The notes under the pieces were generated by a model, which saw nothing but the letters and a program-made list of their open reading frames with translations, was not told where the DNA came from and made no database searches. Positions 16,959 through 24,800 of a DNA stretch of 32,000 nucleotides are shown one piece after another (the stretch's first letter is position 1; each line of letters opens with the position of its first letter). The stretch lies in NCBI RefSeq assembly GCF_000012905.2, contig NC_007494.2:150001-182000 (forward strand). Reading direction: 5' to 3'. Both the position numbers and the translations under genes were made by a program. This DNA is from Cereibacter sphaeroides 2.4.1 (lineage in GTDB: Bacteria; Pseudomonadota; Alphaproteobacteria; Rhodobacterales; Rhodobacteraceae).

Positions 16959-17933
16959 TCAGATCCCGGCCGCGGTCTCGCGGAGCGCCGCTTCGATATG
17001 CGCCGGCCCGACGGGCCGGATGCGGGAGGGGTTGAGCGCCTTGATCGAATAATATCCGCGGGTGATGTGGTCCATGTTCACGGTCTCGCGCACGCCGGGC
17101 CGGGCGAGGATGCGCCGCATGTAGGCCCAGAGGCGCGGGTAATCGGCGATCTGGCGGCGGTTGGTCTTGAAGAGCCCGTGATAGGCCGCGTCGAACCGGA
17201 TCAGGGTGACGAAGATGCGGATGTCGGTCTCGGTCAGCGCGCCGCCGAAGATGTAGTCGCCGGTCAGCCGGTACTCGAGGTGGTCGAGCATCTCGAACAC
17301 GCCCGCCACGGCCTCGTCATAGGCCTCCTGAGTGCTCGCGAAGCCGGCCTTGTAGACGCCGTTGTTGAGGCGGTCGTAAACTTGGGCGTTCAGCGCGTCG
17401 ATCTCGCCCGCCAGCGCCGCGGGGTAAAGCCGCAGGTCGGAGGGGGCCAGCCCCTCGAAGGCGGTGTCGAACATGCGCAGGATGTCGGCGCTTTCGTTGT
17501 TCACCATCGCATCCCGCTTCATGTCCCACAGGACCGGGACCGTGGCCCGGCCGGTGAACTGCGGCTCGGCCCTTGTGTAGATCTCGTGCAGGTGCCGGGC
17601 GCCGAACAGCGGATCCTCCTCCGCATCGTCATGGCCGCCGAACTCCCATCCTTGAGTGCCCATCACCGGGTTCACCACCGTCACCGGGATCAGCCCGTCG
17701 AGGCCCTTCAGCCTGCGCGCCATCAGGGTGCGCGAGGCCCAGGGGCAGATCAGCGCGACATAGAGCCGGTAGCGCCCGGCCTCGGCCGCGAAGCCGCCGG
17801 TGCCGGTCGGCCCGGCGCTGCCGTCGGGGGTGATCCAGTTGCGGAAGCTCGACACCTGGCGCACGAAGCGTCCATGGTCATCGGCCTTCTGCACCGGCTG
17901 CCAGTCGGCGGTCCATTTCCCGTTCACGAGCAT
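16959..17933 (-). CDS. yqjG: glutathionyl-hydroquinone reductase (Xi-class GST, YqjG/ECM4 family)
   Basis: GRYRLYVALICPWASRTLMARRLKGL carries the CPWA catalytic motif. VPVLWD, NNESADILRMF, GVYKAGFA and RFDAAYHGLFK also match the family throughout. Confidence 0.9.
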   Translation of the reverse strand: MLVNGKWTADWQPVQKADDHGRFVRQVSSFRNWITPDGSAGPTGTGGFAAEAGRYRLYVALICPWASRTLMARRLKGLDGLIPVTVVNPVMGTQGWEFGGHDDAEEDPLFGARHLHEIYTRAEPQFTGRATVPVLWDMKRDAMVNNESADILRMFDTAFEGLAPSDLRLYPAALAGEIDALNAQVYDRLNNGVYKAGFASTQEAYDEAVAGVFEMLDHLEYRLTGDYIFGGALTETDIRIFVTLIRFDAAYHGLFKTNRRQIADYPRLWAYMRRILARPGVRETVNMDHITRGYYSIKALNPSRIRPVGPAHIEAALRETAAGI

Positions 17934-17943
17934 GGGGCTTCTC

Positions 17944-18765
17944 CTATCGGGCGTGGAAGACGAAGGAGCGCATCGAGACCGAGGCGAGCTCGATGGCGTC
18001 CGTCATGAAGGTCAGTTCGTCGCGCTCGTCCGAGGCGCCGGCGATGGTGAGCGCCGGCATGTAGTGATCGACCGACGGATGCGCCATCGTCAGCAGCGAT
18101 CCCAGCCCCTTGCGGTCGGCGAGCGTGCGGAAGTCGCGCTCGGTCAGCCGGTCGGCGAAGAGGGCGTCGAATTCCAGCGCGAACCCATGTGGCTTGCTGC
18201 CCGCGCTCCAGTTCACCGCGCGCAGGTTGTGCACCACATTGCCGGACCCGAGGATCAGCACGCCGCGGTCGCGCAGCTCGGACAGTGTCCGCCCGATCTC
18301 GAGCTGGTGGTCGAGGTCGCGGGTCATGTCGATCGAGACCTGGAAGACCGGCACGTCGGCCTCGGGATAGAGGAACTTCAGCACCGTCCAGGCGCCGTGG
18401 TCGAGGCCCCAGCTGTCATCCTCGGCGGCGTGGTGGCTGGCCAGCAGCGAGGTCACTTCGCGCGCCAGCTGCGGCGCGCCCCGCGCGGGATAGCGTTGCG
18501 CATGAAGCGCCTCGGGGAAGTTGTAGAAATCGTGGATCGTCCGCGGCATGGCCGAGACATCGACCAGCGTCGTGCCCCGGGTCATCCAGTGCGCCGATAC
18601 GACGAGGATGGCGCGAGGCCGCGGCAGGCTCTCGCCGAGCCTTGTCCAGGCGCGGCTGTAGGCCGTGTCCTCGATGGCGTTCATCGGGCTACCGTGGCCA
18701 AGGAAGACCACAGGCATCCGGTCGGAGGGCGCGAGGCGCTCCTTCAGAGTGTCGAGCTTGTGCAT
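17944..18765 (-). CDS. ygiD: class III extradiol ring-cleavage dioxygenase (4,5-DOPA dioxygenase, YgiD family)
   Basis: MPVVFLGHGSPMNAIEDTAYSRAW, ILVVSAHW, YPARGAP, LDHGAWTVL, ILGSGNVVHNL and HPSVDHYMP are present. The stop is 10 nt before the yqjG start, so an operon is likely. An alternative GTG start is 18774. Confidence 0.85.
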   Translation of the reverse strand: MHKLDTLKERLAPSDRMPVVFLGHGSPMNAIEDTAYSRAWTRLGESLPRPRAILVVSAHWMTRGTTLVDVSAMPRTIHDFYNFPEALHAQRYPARGAPQLAREVTSLLASHHAAEDDSWGLDHGAWTVLKFLYPEADVPVFQVSIDMTRDLDHQLEIGRTLSELRDRGVLILGSGNVVHNLRAVNWSAGSKPHGFALEFDALFADRLTERDFRTLADRKGLGSLLTMAHPSVDHYMPALTIAGASDERDELTFMTDAIELASVSMRSFVFHAR

Positions 18766-18987
18766 GACAGACACGGGACTGTCCTTTCGGGGAGAGCCGG
18801 CGCAAGGCGGTGCCGGAGCGGAGGGGCGCCGGACAGGCGCGCGGGTTCGGGTCAGGCGATCTGCCATTTCGGCGCGAGGCCGGTGCCGAAGCCGTTTCCG
18901 ACGATCGCGAGCTTCATGGTCTGGCCCCTCGTTGCCGCACCTGCGGCGCTTCGGTTCGTTGCAGCCAAGATAGGCCTTGCTGCAGTT

Positions 18988-19009
18988 CAACAATATGGAG
19001 ATGTTGTTG
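18988..19009. promoter_or_regulatory. inverted repeat CAACAA-N10-TTGTTG in the divergent ygiD/LysR intergenic region (candidate LysR site)
   Basis: Read directly from the sequence. It is AT-rich and lies 33 nt upstream of the LysR-family gene start. Confidence 0.25.
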
Positions 19010-19041
19010 TATGACTATCCACTAAGCGTTCTGAATAATCC

Positions 19042-19938
19042 ATGGATCTGACCGATGAACTCCGGGCCTTCGTGGCCACGGCCAAGACCGGCTCCTTCAC
19101 GGCGGCGGCGGACCAACTCGGGGTGTCGAACCGGCTGACCTCAAAATATGTGGCCGAGCTGGAGAAGCGGCTCGGCGTCAGGCTGCTCCAGCGCACCACC
19201 CGCAAGGTCGGGCTCACTCCCTCAGGCGAGACCCTGCTGGCCCGGGCTCCGGCGCTGCTGGACGAACTCGACGACCTGCTGGTCGAGGTCTCGCACGGCT
19301 CGCGCGGCTTCACCGGCACGATCCGCGTCTCGGCCCCCGTGACGTTCGGCGAGGACTATGTCGGAGGGATGCTCGGCCGCTTCGCCGCGCTGCACCCGGG
19401 GCTGGTGGTCGACCTGAGGCTGAACGACAGCTTCGCCGACCTCGCGAGCGAGGGGATCGATGTGGCCTTCCGGGTCGGGCGATCCGAGACGCTGTCGCTG
19501 AAGACCCGGAAGCTGGGCGAGGTGCGCACCGTTCCGGCCGCCAGCCCCGGCTATATCGCGACCCGTGGCGCCCCCGACCGGCCCGAGGACCTCGTCCGGC
19601 ATGACTGCATCCTCGACACCAACCGCCGGGTGCCGCGCCGCTGGACGTTCCTCGAGGACGGGACCGAGCGCAGCGTCGAGATCCGGGGGCGGTTTCAGGT
19701 CAATTCCGCCCGTGCCGCGGCCGATCTCGCAATGGCGGGGCTGGGCATCTGCTATGCCCCGCGGTTCGCTCTGGCCGAGGCGCTTCGGTCCGGCCGGCTC
19801 GTCCCGGTGCTCGAGGCGTTCGGCGGCGCGGTCGTGCCGGTCAGCGCGGTCTATCTCGAAGGCCGCAGCCTGCCGCAGAAGGTCCGAGCGCTGATCGACT
19901 TCGCGCTCGAGGACATCCGGCAGTCCGGCGTGCTGTGA
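19042..19938 (+). CDS. LysR-family transcriptional regulator
   Basis: LRAFVATAKTGSFTAAADQLGVSNRLTSKYVAELEKRLGVRLLQRTTRKVGLTPSG is a canonical LysR helix-turn-helix. A LysR substrate-binding domain follows. Confidence 0.9.
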   Translation: MDLTDELRAFVATAKTGSFTAAADQLGVSNRLTSKYVAELEKRLGVRLLQRTTRKVGLTPSGETLLARAPALLDELDDLLVEVSHGSRGFTGTIRVSAPVTFGEDYVGGMLGRFAALHPGLVVDLRLNDSFADLASEGIDVAFRVGRSETLSLKTRKLGEVRTVPAASPGYIATRGAPDRPEDLVRHDCILDTNRRVPRRWTFLEDGTERSVEIRGRFQVNSARAAADLAMAGLGICYAPRFALAEALRSGRLVPVLEAFGGAVVPVSAVYLEGRSLPQKVRALIDFALEDIRQSGVL

Positions 19939-19991
19939 GGACTGGCGAGCTTCGGCTTGCACAGGCGCAACAGTTCGACTATGCATGAATA

Positions 19992-20324
19992 ATGGAAAAG
20001 ACTCACGCTCTGGGTGTCCTGTCTGCCCTTGCCCACGACATCCGGCTGGACGTGTTCCGCCTCCTCGTGCGCGCCGGTCCTGCGGGCATGGCGGCCGGAG
20101 AGATTGCGGCGGGCCTCGACATCCGAGCCAACACGCTGTCGAACAACCTCACCATCCTGACGGGAGCGGGCCTTGTGCGCTCCGAGCGCGAAGGCCGCTC
20201 GATCCGCTATTTCGCGCGGATGGAGACGATGCGGGGGCTGCTGGCCTTTCTCATGGAGGATTGCTGCGGCGGCCGTCCCGAGCTCTGTCAGCCGGTTCTC
20301 GACCGGATCGCCTGCGACTGCTGA
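19992..20324 (+). CDS. arsR: ArsR/SmtB-family arsenic-responsive repressor
   Basis: LSALAHDIRLDVFRLLVRAGPAGMAAGEIAAGLDIRANTLSNNLTILTGAGLVRSEREGRSIRY is a winged helix-turn-helix. The C-terminal Cys cluster is DCCGGRPELC...ACDC. It lies directly upstream of acr3-arsC. Confidence 0.85.
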   Translation: MEKTHALGVLSALAHDIRLDVFRLLVRAGPAGMAAGEIAAGLDIRANTLSNNLTILTGAGLVRSEREGRSIRYFARMETMRGLLAFLMEDCCGGRPELCQPVLDRIACDC

Positions 20325-20359
20325 GTGCACGCATAACCCTGCCCAGAGGCTGAACCAAG

Positions 20360-21412
20360 ATGACCGACCTGCCGCAGACCCAGATCAATCCCCTGGGCCC
20401 GTTCGAGCGCTGGCTGACCCTCTGGGTCGGGCTGGCCATGGTGGCGGGCCTCTCCCTGGGCGTGCTGGCTCCGGGTCTGGTGCAGGTCATCGCCACGGCC
20501 GAGATCGCCTCGATCAACCTCGTCGTCGCCGTGCTGATCTGGGCGATGGTCTATCCGATGATGGTCAACGTGGATTTCGCCGCCGTCGGGGGGGCTGTGC
20601 GGCAGCCGACAGGACTGCTCATCACGCTAGTCGTCAACTGGCTGGTCAAGCCCTTCACCATGGCTCTGCTGGCGGTCCTGTTCTTCGACCTTGTCTTCGC
20701 TCCCTGGATCGCCCCCGAGGATGCGCAGCAGTATATCGCCGGTCTGATCCTGCTGGGCGCCGCGCCCTGCACCGCGATGGTCTTCGTCTGGTCCCAACTG
20801 GTGCGCGGTGATGCGACCTACACGCTGGTGCAGGTGTCGGTAAACGACATGGTGATGGTCGTGGCCTTCGCCCCCATCGTGGCCCTGCTTCTCGGCGTGA
20901 CCGAGATCGTCGTGCCCTGGCAGACGCTGGTCCTGGCGACGATCCTCTATGTCGTCCTGCCGCTGGCGGCAGGGATGCTGACGCGCCGCAGTCTTGGCAC
21001 CCCCGCCCGGATCGAGGCGTTCTCGGCCCGCGTGAAGCCCTGGTCGATGATCGGCCTGATCGCGACGGTCGCGATCCTCTTCGGGCTGCAGGGGCAGACG
21101 ATCCTCGACCGGCCCGCGATCATTGCGCTGATCGCCGTGCCGATCCTGATCCAGAGCTATCTGATCTTTGCCGTGGGTTACGGCGCGGCCTGGCTGATGA
21201 GGGTGCCGCACCGGATCGCGGCGCCGTGCGCCATGATCGGCACCTCGAACTTCTTCGAACTGGCCGTCGCCGTCGCCATCAGTCTCTTCGGCCTCAATTC
21301 GGGCGCGGCGCTGGCAACGGTCGTGGGCGTTCTGGTCGAGGTGCCGGTGATGCTGTCCCTCGTGGCCTTCGCCAACCGCACCCGCGCCCGTTTCCCGGAG
21401 ATCCGCGCATGA
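20360..21412 (+). CDS. acr3: ACR3-family arsenite efflux permease
   Basis: FERWLTLWV..., [28 protein letters not shown] (the conserved ACR3 Cys motif) and [19 protein letters not shown] are all present. Confidence 0.9.
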   Translation: MTDLPQTQINPLGPFERWLTLWVGLAMVAGLSLGVLAPGLVQVIATAEIASINLVVAVLIWAMVYPMMVNVDFAAVGGAVRQPTGLLITLVVNWLVKPFTMALLAVLFFDLVFAPWIAPEDAQQYIAGLILLGAAPCTAMVFVWSQLVRGDATYTLVQVSVNDMVMVVAFAPIVALLLGVTEIVVPWQTLVLATILYVVLPLAAGMLTRRSLGTPARIEAFSARVKPWSMIGLIATVAILFGLQGQTILDRPAIIALIAVPILIQSYLIFAVGYGAAWLMRVPHRIAAPCAMIGTSNFFELAVAVAISLFGLNSGAALATVVGVLVEVPVMLSLVAFANRTRARFPEIRA

Positions 21413-21840
21413 TCGTCATCCACCACAACCCTGCCTGCGGCACGTCGCGCAACGTGCTGGAGATCATCCGCGCGTCCGGCGCCGAGCCGGTCATCATCGA
21501 CTATCTGGCCGAAGGCTGGACACGTCCGCAGCTGCTGGCTCTGCTGGCCGCGGCCGATCTGACGCCGCGTCAGGCGCTGCGGACGTCGAAGTCGCCCGCC
21601 GCCGAACTGGGCCTGTTGGAGGCTGGCGTCACCGACGGGCAGATCCTCGATGCAATGCTCGCCCATCCGGTGCTGGTCAACCGGCCCATCGTGGCCTCGC
21701 CCAGGGGCGTGCGGCTCTGTCGCCCGTCCGAGACCGTGCTGTCGCTTCTGGACCGCCTGCCGGTTGGGCCGCTCTACAAGGAGGACGGGCAGATGATCCT
21801 GAACGAGAGGGGCGAGATCGTCAGCGACCTGCCCACCTGA
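21409..21840 (+). CDS. arsC: glutaredoxin-dependent arsenate reductase (R773 ArsC type)
   Basis: [21 protein letters not shown]...[23 protein letters not shown] matches the E. coli/R773 ArsC catalytic Cys motif (NPACGTSRN) and the C-terminal motif. The ATGA start/stop overlap with acr3 indicates coupling. Confidence 0.9.
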   Translation: MIVIHHNPACGTSRNVLEIIRASGAEPVIIDYLAEGWTRPQLLALLAAADLTPRQALRTSKSPAAELGLLEAGVTDGQILDAMLAHPVLVNRPIVASPRGVRLCRPSETVLSLLDRLPVGPLYKEDGQMILNERGEIVSDLPT

Positions 21841-22142
21841 ACCCCGACCGACCTGCGAGCATCGATCGGAGCGCCTCGCCCTCATGGTGATGCGCACCGG
21901 CACGTCGGCGAGGCAGGCCTGCAGGTCGAGGCCGCTCGGGTTTGCGCGCTCGGTCAGCGTCATGGCGCGGGCGAGAGTTTCGCCCCGGCGTCACTGCCGG
22001 AAAGGAGCGAGGTCTTCCACCCGATGCCGACGGGCCGCATGGCGCGCCCAGCGGGCGCTCGCCCTTGTCCTCGGACCCATGGCGGACATGTCACGCTGTC
22101 GATGGCCATGCCCAAGGGCGGAAGGATGATGGGCCCGGGCCT

Positions 22143-23090
22143 TCAGGGGCCGCGCAGGGAGAGGGGCGTGAGGATGCGCTCGAACTCGGCGAGCAGGGAC
22201 GCGCCGGCCGAAGCGGGCTCGGGATCCGGGACGTCGGAGGGCACGACACGGGTATGATCGTCGGTATTGCCCCTCTCTGCATCACTCAGGCGGGGATCGT
22301 CGGCGCCTGCGGTCTCGGGGAACAGGGGCGGCCGCACGCTCGCGACGGCTGGCGGCACGGGGTAGAGAAGCGGCTCTCCCCGGCCGGCCGAGATGCTGTT
22401 GGCCACCGTCCTCAGCACGTTGATCCGGTCGGCCGGTGCGGCGACCAGCACGCTCGACCACGCTCCGTCGCGGAGATCCGAGCGCAGGTAGAACACGCCC
22501 AGCCGAAAATCTCCGTCCCCGAAGATGGCGTGGAAGGGCGCGTAGGCCGACCAGACCCGCAGGCGGGACTTCGGCGCGGGGAAGTAGCTGTTCCTGTTCG
22601 GCAGGGCGTTGCGCCGGATGGTGTCTCCGACCGCCTCGGCCGCTACCACCGGCCCGCGCGCGGCATAGATCGCCACCTCGGGGGAGGCGTGGGTCTGCGT
22701 GAAGTTTGGCCCGATCGCTTCGCCGGTGGCGGAATCTCCAGGCACGAGCAGCGAGCCGTCCAGCGCCGGAAGATAGGCGACTTGCCAGCCCGAGGCCGCG
22801 AGCCGTTGGCCTGCGTCGGACAGGAAGCTCTCGACGTCGGAGGCGGTGAGGCGGCAGGGCGGGGCACAGCCGAGCGCCTGTTCGAGCGCGCGTCGGCTCA
22901 TCCCGCCCCACTCTCCGTCGAGCATGCCGTCATAGACGTCCGCAAACGACAGCGCGGCTTGGAGAAAGCGGATCTCGGCGTGCGAGAGGCGGGCGGGGTC
23001 GAAGGGCCGATCCTCCGCCTGCGCCTCCGGGGTCACAAGGAGAAGCGTCAACAGACAAGCGGCCAGCGATCTCATGCCAGGGCGTCTCAT
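22143..23090 (-). CDS. secreted hypothetical protein with an N-terminal peptidoglycan-binding-like (PG_binding_1) repeat
   Basis: The signal peptide is MRSLAACLLTLLLVTPEAQA. AEIRFLQAALSFADVYDGMLDGEWGGMSRRALEQ fits the PG_binding_1 pattern (LQ..L...G.Y.G..DG..G..T..A...FQ). I do not recognise the remaining ~230 aa. An alternative start is ATG 23075. Confidence 0.7.
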   Translation of the reverse strand: MRRPGMRSLAACLLTLLLVTPEAQAEDRPFDPARLSHAEIRFLQAALSFADVYDGMLDGEWGGMSRRALEQALGCAPPCRLTASDVESFLSDAGQRLAASGWQVAYLPALDGSLLVPGDSATGEAIGPNFTQTHASPEVAIYAARGPVVAAEAVGDTIRRNALPNRNSYFPAPKSRLRVWSAYAPFHAIFGDGDFRLGVFYLRSDLRDGAWSSVLVAAPADRINVLRTVANSISAGRGEPLLYPVPPAVASVRPPLFPETAGADDPRLSDAERGNTDDHTRVVPSDVPDPEPASAGASLLAEFERILTPLSLRGP

Positions 23091-23340
23091 TTCCCGATCA
23101 CCAGATCGAGCATGGCCGTCCGCGCGTCGGCGCTCCAGCGGCAGTCGATCCGCGCCTGTCCCGCCGATCGCGAAAGGCCGCCCTTGCGTGCGCAGGTCAG
23201 CACGAGGTGCGGCGCGACGCCGGCCGCCGCGGCTGCGTTGGCGCAGCTTCGGATGCCCGCCTCGAGGCTGGCGGAGTTCAGCGTAAGCCGGCCGCCATGC
23301 GGGGCAGGGCGCGAACGCTACGCTGACGCCGCCGCGCAGG

Positions 23341-23679
23341 ATGGCGGTGGCCGCAGGGGCGGGGGCCGTGCTCGCGCTGGCGGGACTGGCGGTCTATGCC
23401 GGGATGGGCGGCTTCTCCGACCCGCCGGCCCCGCAGACGTCCGAGCCGCCGCCCGGTGCCGCCGAGATGCGTGCCATTCCGGCCCCTGCCGAGGAGGCGC
23501 CCGCCGCGAAGCCGGAGGGTGCCGATCCTCAACCCTCCGAGGGAGGCCACGCAGAGCCGGAGGCGCAGCCCCGGAAGGCTGCTGCACCGGAGGCCAGCCC
23601 GGCACCTGCACGACGACCCGCAGCCCGCGAGGGGCATCCGTCCAGGGACAACGCTCCGGCCAGAGCGGACGAGATCTGA
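23341..23679 (+). CDS. small single-pass membrane protein with a Pro/Ala/Glu-rich tail (first ORF of the kinase operon)
   Basis: 112 aa. The N-terminal hydrophobic helix AVAAGAGAVLALAGLAVYAG is followed by a low-complexity P/A/E-rich region. The stop overlaps the kinase start (TGATG at 23677-23681). An in-frame stop at 23284 limits upstream extension. The RBS is weak and the composition low-complexity, hence moderate confidence. Confidence 0.45.
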   Translation: MAVAAGAGAVLALAGLAVYAGMGGFSDPPAPQTSEPPPGAAEMRAIPAPAEEAPAAKPEGADPQPSEGGHAEPEAQPRKAAAPEASPAPARRPAAREGHPSRDNAPARADEI

Positions 23680-24800
23680 TGACCGAGCCGCGCCTTCCCA
23701 ACGGCACGCGCATCGCCGGCCATGTCATCACGGACCAGATCGGCCGGGGCGGGTTCGGGATCACCTACCGGGCGAACGTGCTCGAGACCGGCGCCACCGT
23801 CGCGCTGAAGGAATACTTCCCCTGCGACATGGCCCATCGCGATGCGCAGGGCTTCGTCCGCCCGCTGCCCAGGGCCGAGCGGATGTACGAGGAGGGTCTG
23901 CGGGCCTTCATCACCGAGGCGAACATCCTGAAGGCGCTGCCGCAGCAGGCCGGTCTGGTGCGGGTGCGCGGCGCCTTCGAGAAGTTCGGCACCGCCTATT
24001 GCGCGATGGATTTCATCGAGGGCGAGCCGCTCAGCCGTCTCGCGCAGGCCACGCTCCAGCGCACCGGCTTCATCGCCGAGGATCTGCTGCGCAGCTTCCT
24101 CGCCCCGATCTGCCTCGCGCTCGAGACGGTTCATTCGACGAACCTCGTCCACCGCGATGTGAAGCCCGCCAACATCATGATCTCGCGCCGCGACCAGCAG
24201 CCGATCCTGATCGACTTCGGCGCCGCGCGCCCCTCGGGGCAGCGCGGGTCGCTCGCGATGTTCACCCGCAGCTACGCCCCGGTCGAGCTGTTCCCCCGCG
24301 CGCAGGTGCGTTCGGCGCAGCCCTTGGAGGAGGGGCCGTGGAGCGACATCTATTCGCTGTCCGTCATGCTCTACGAGATGGCGACGCGGCAGCTGCCCCC
24401 CAGCGCGCCCGACCGGGCGGCGGCGGTCGCCGCGGGGGCGCCCGACCCTTACGTCCCGCTGACGGCGCTTCTTGCGCAGCGGCGGCTGCGCGGCAGCTAC
24501 TCGCCCGCCTTCGCCTCGGCGGTCGATGCCGGCTGCGCGCTCTGGCCCGAGGCGCGGCCGCGGACGGTACGCCAGTTCGCCTACATGGCCGGCGTCGAGA
24601 TGGGGTCCGCTCCGCCGCCGACGCCGCGCCGAACCGTCACCGGGGCCGCTCCCTCGCCCTCCTCGTCGGTTCCGCGCAGCCAGCGACGCCCCGTGAACCG
24701 CCAGTCCATCGCCATGGTGCTCCTGATGCTGCTGATCGCGGGGGCGGCGGTGTCCTATGGCGTCGTCTCGCGCCAGCCCGACTGGGTGGCCTACCGATGA
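23679..24800 (+). CDS. Hanks-type Ser/Thr protein kinase 1, C-terminally membrane-anchored
   Basis: Kinase motifs present: G-loop IGRGGFGITY, VALKEY Lys, catalytic loop HRDVKPANIM (24150-24173), DFG (LIDFGAAR), SYAPVE, and WSDIYSLSVMLYEM. The C-terminal TM is SIAMVLLMLLIAGAAVSYGVV, with only about 10 residues beyond it. The ORF-track start 21942 is a spurious 579-codon extension. Confidence 0.9.
   Translation: MTEPRLPNGTRIAGHVITDQIGRGGFGITYRANVLETGATVALKEYFPCDMAHRDAQGFVRPLPRAERMYEEGLRAFITEANILKALPQQAGLVRVRGAFEKFGTAYCAMDFIEGEPLSRLAQATLQRTGFIAEDLLRSFLAPICLALETVHSTNLVHRDVKPANIMISRRDQQPILIDFGAARPSGQRGSLAMFTRSYAPVELFPRAQVRSAQPLEEGPWSDIYSLSVMLYEMATRQLPPSAPDRAAAVAAGAPDPYVPLTALLAQRRLRGSYSPAFASAVDAGCALWPEARPRTVRQFAYMAGVEMGSAPPPTPRRTVTGAAPSPSSSVPRSQRRPVNRQSIAMVLLMLLIAGAAVSYGVVSRQPDWVAYR

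Noticed and set aside
21841-22142. Possible gene remnant in the convergent arsC/PG-binding gap (minus-strand MTLTERANPSGLDLQACLADVPVRIT...)
   Set aside because: The frame quickly becomes antisense to arsC. I recognised no family, and there is no RBS or consistent codon bias.
21942-23678. Upstream 579 codons of the 952-aa ORF that ends as kinase 1, and the similar upstream part of 23396..26011
   Set aside because: They carry no kinase or other motifs and have Arg/Gly-rich composition. They overlap the well-supported minus-strand PG-binding protein gene. The kinase domain begins right after Met at 23679, with the normal spacing to the G-loop.
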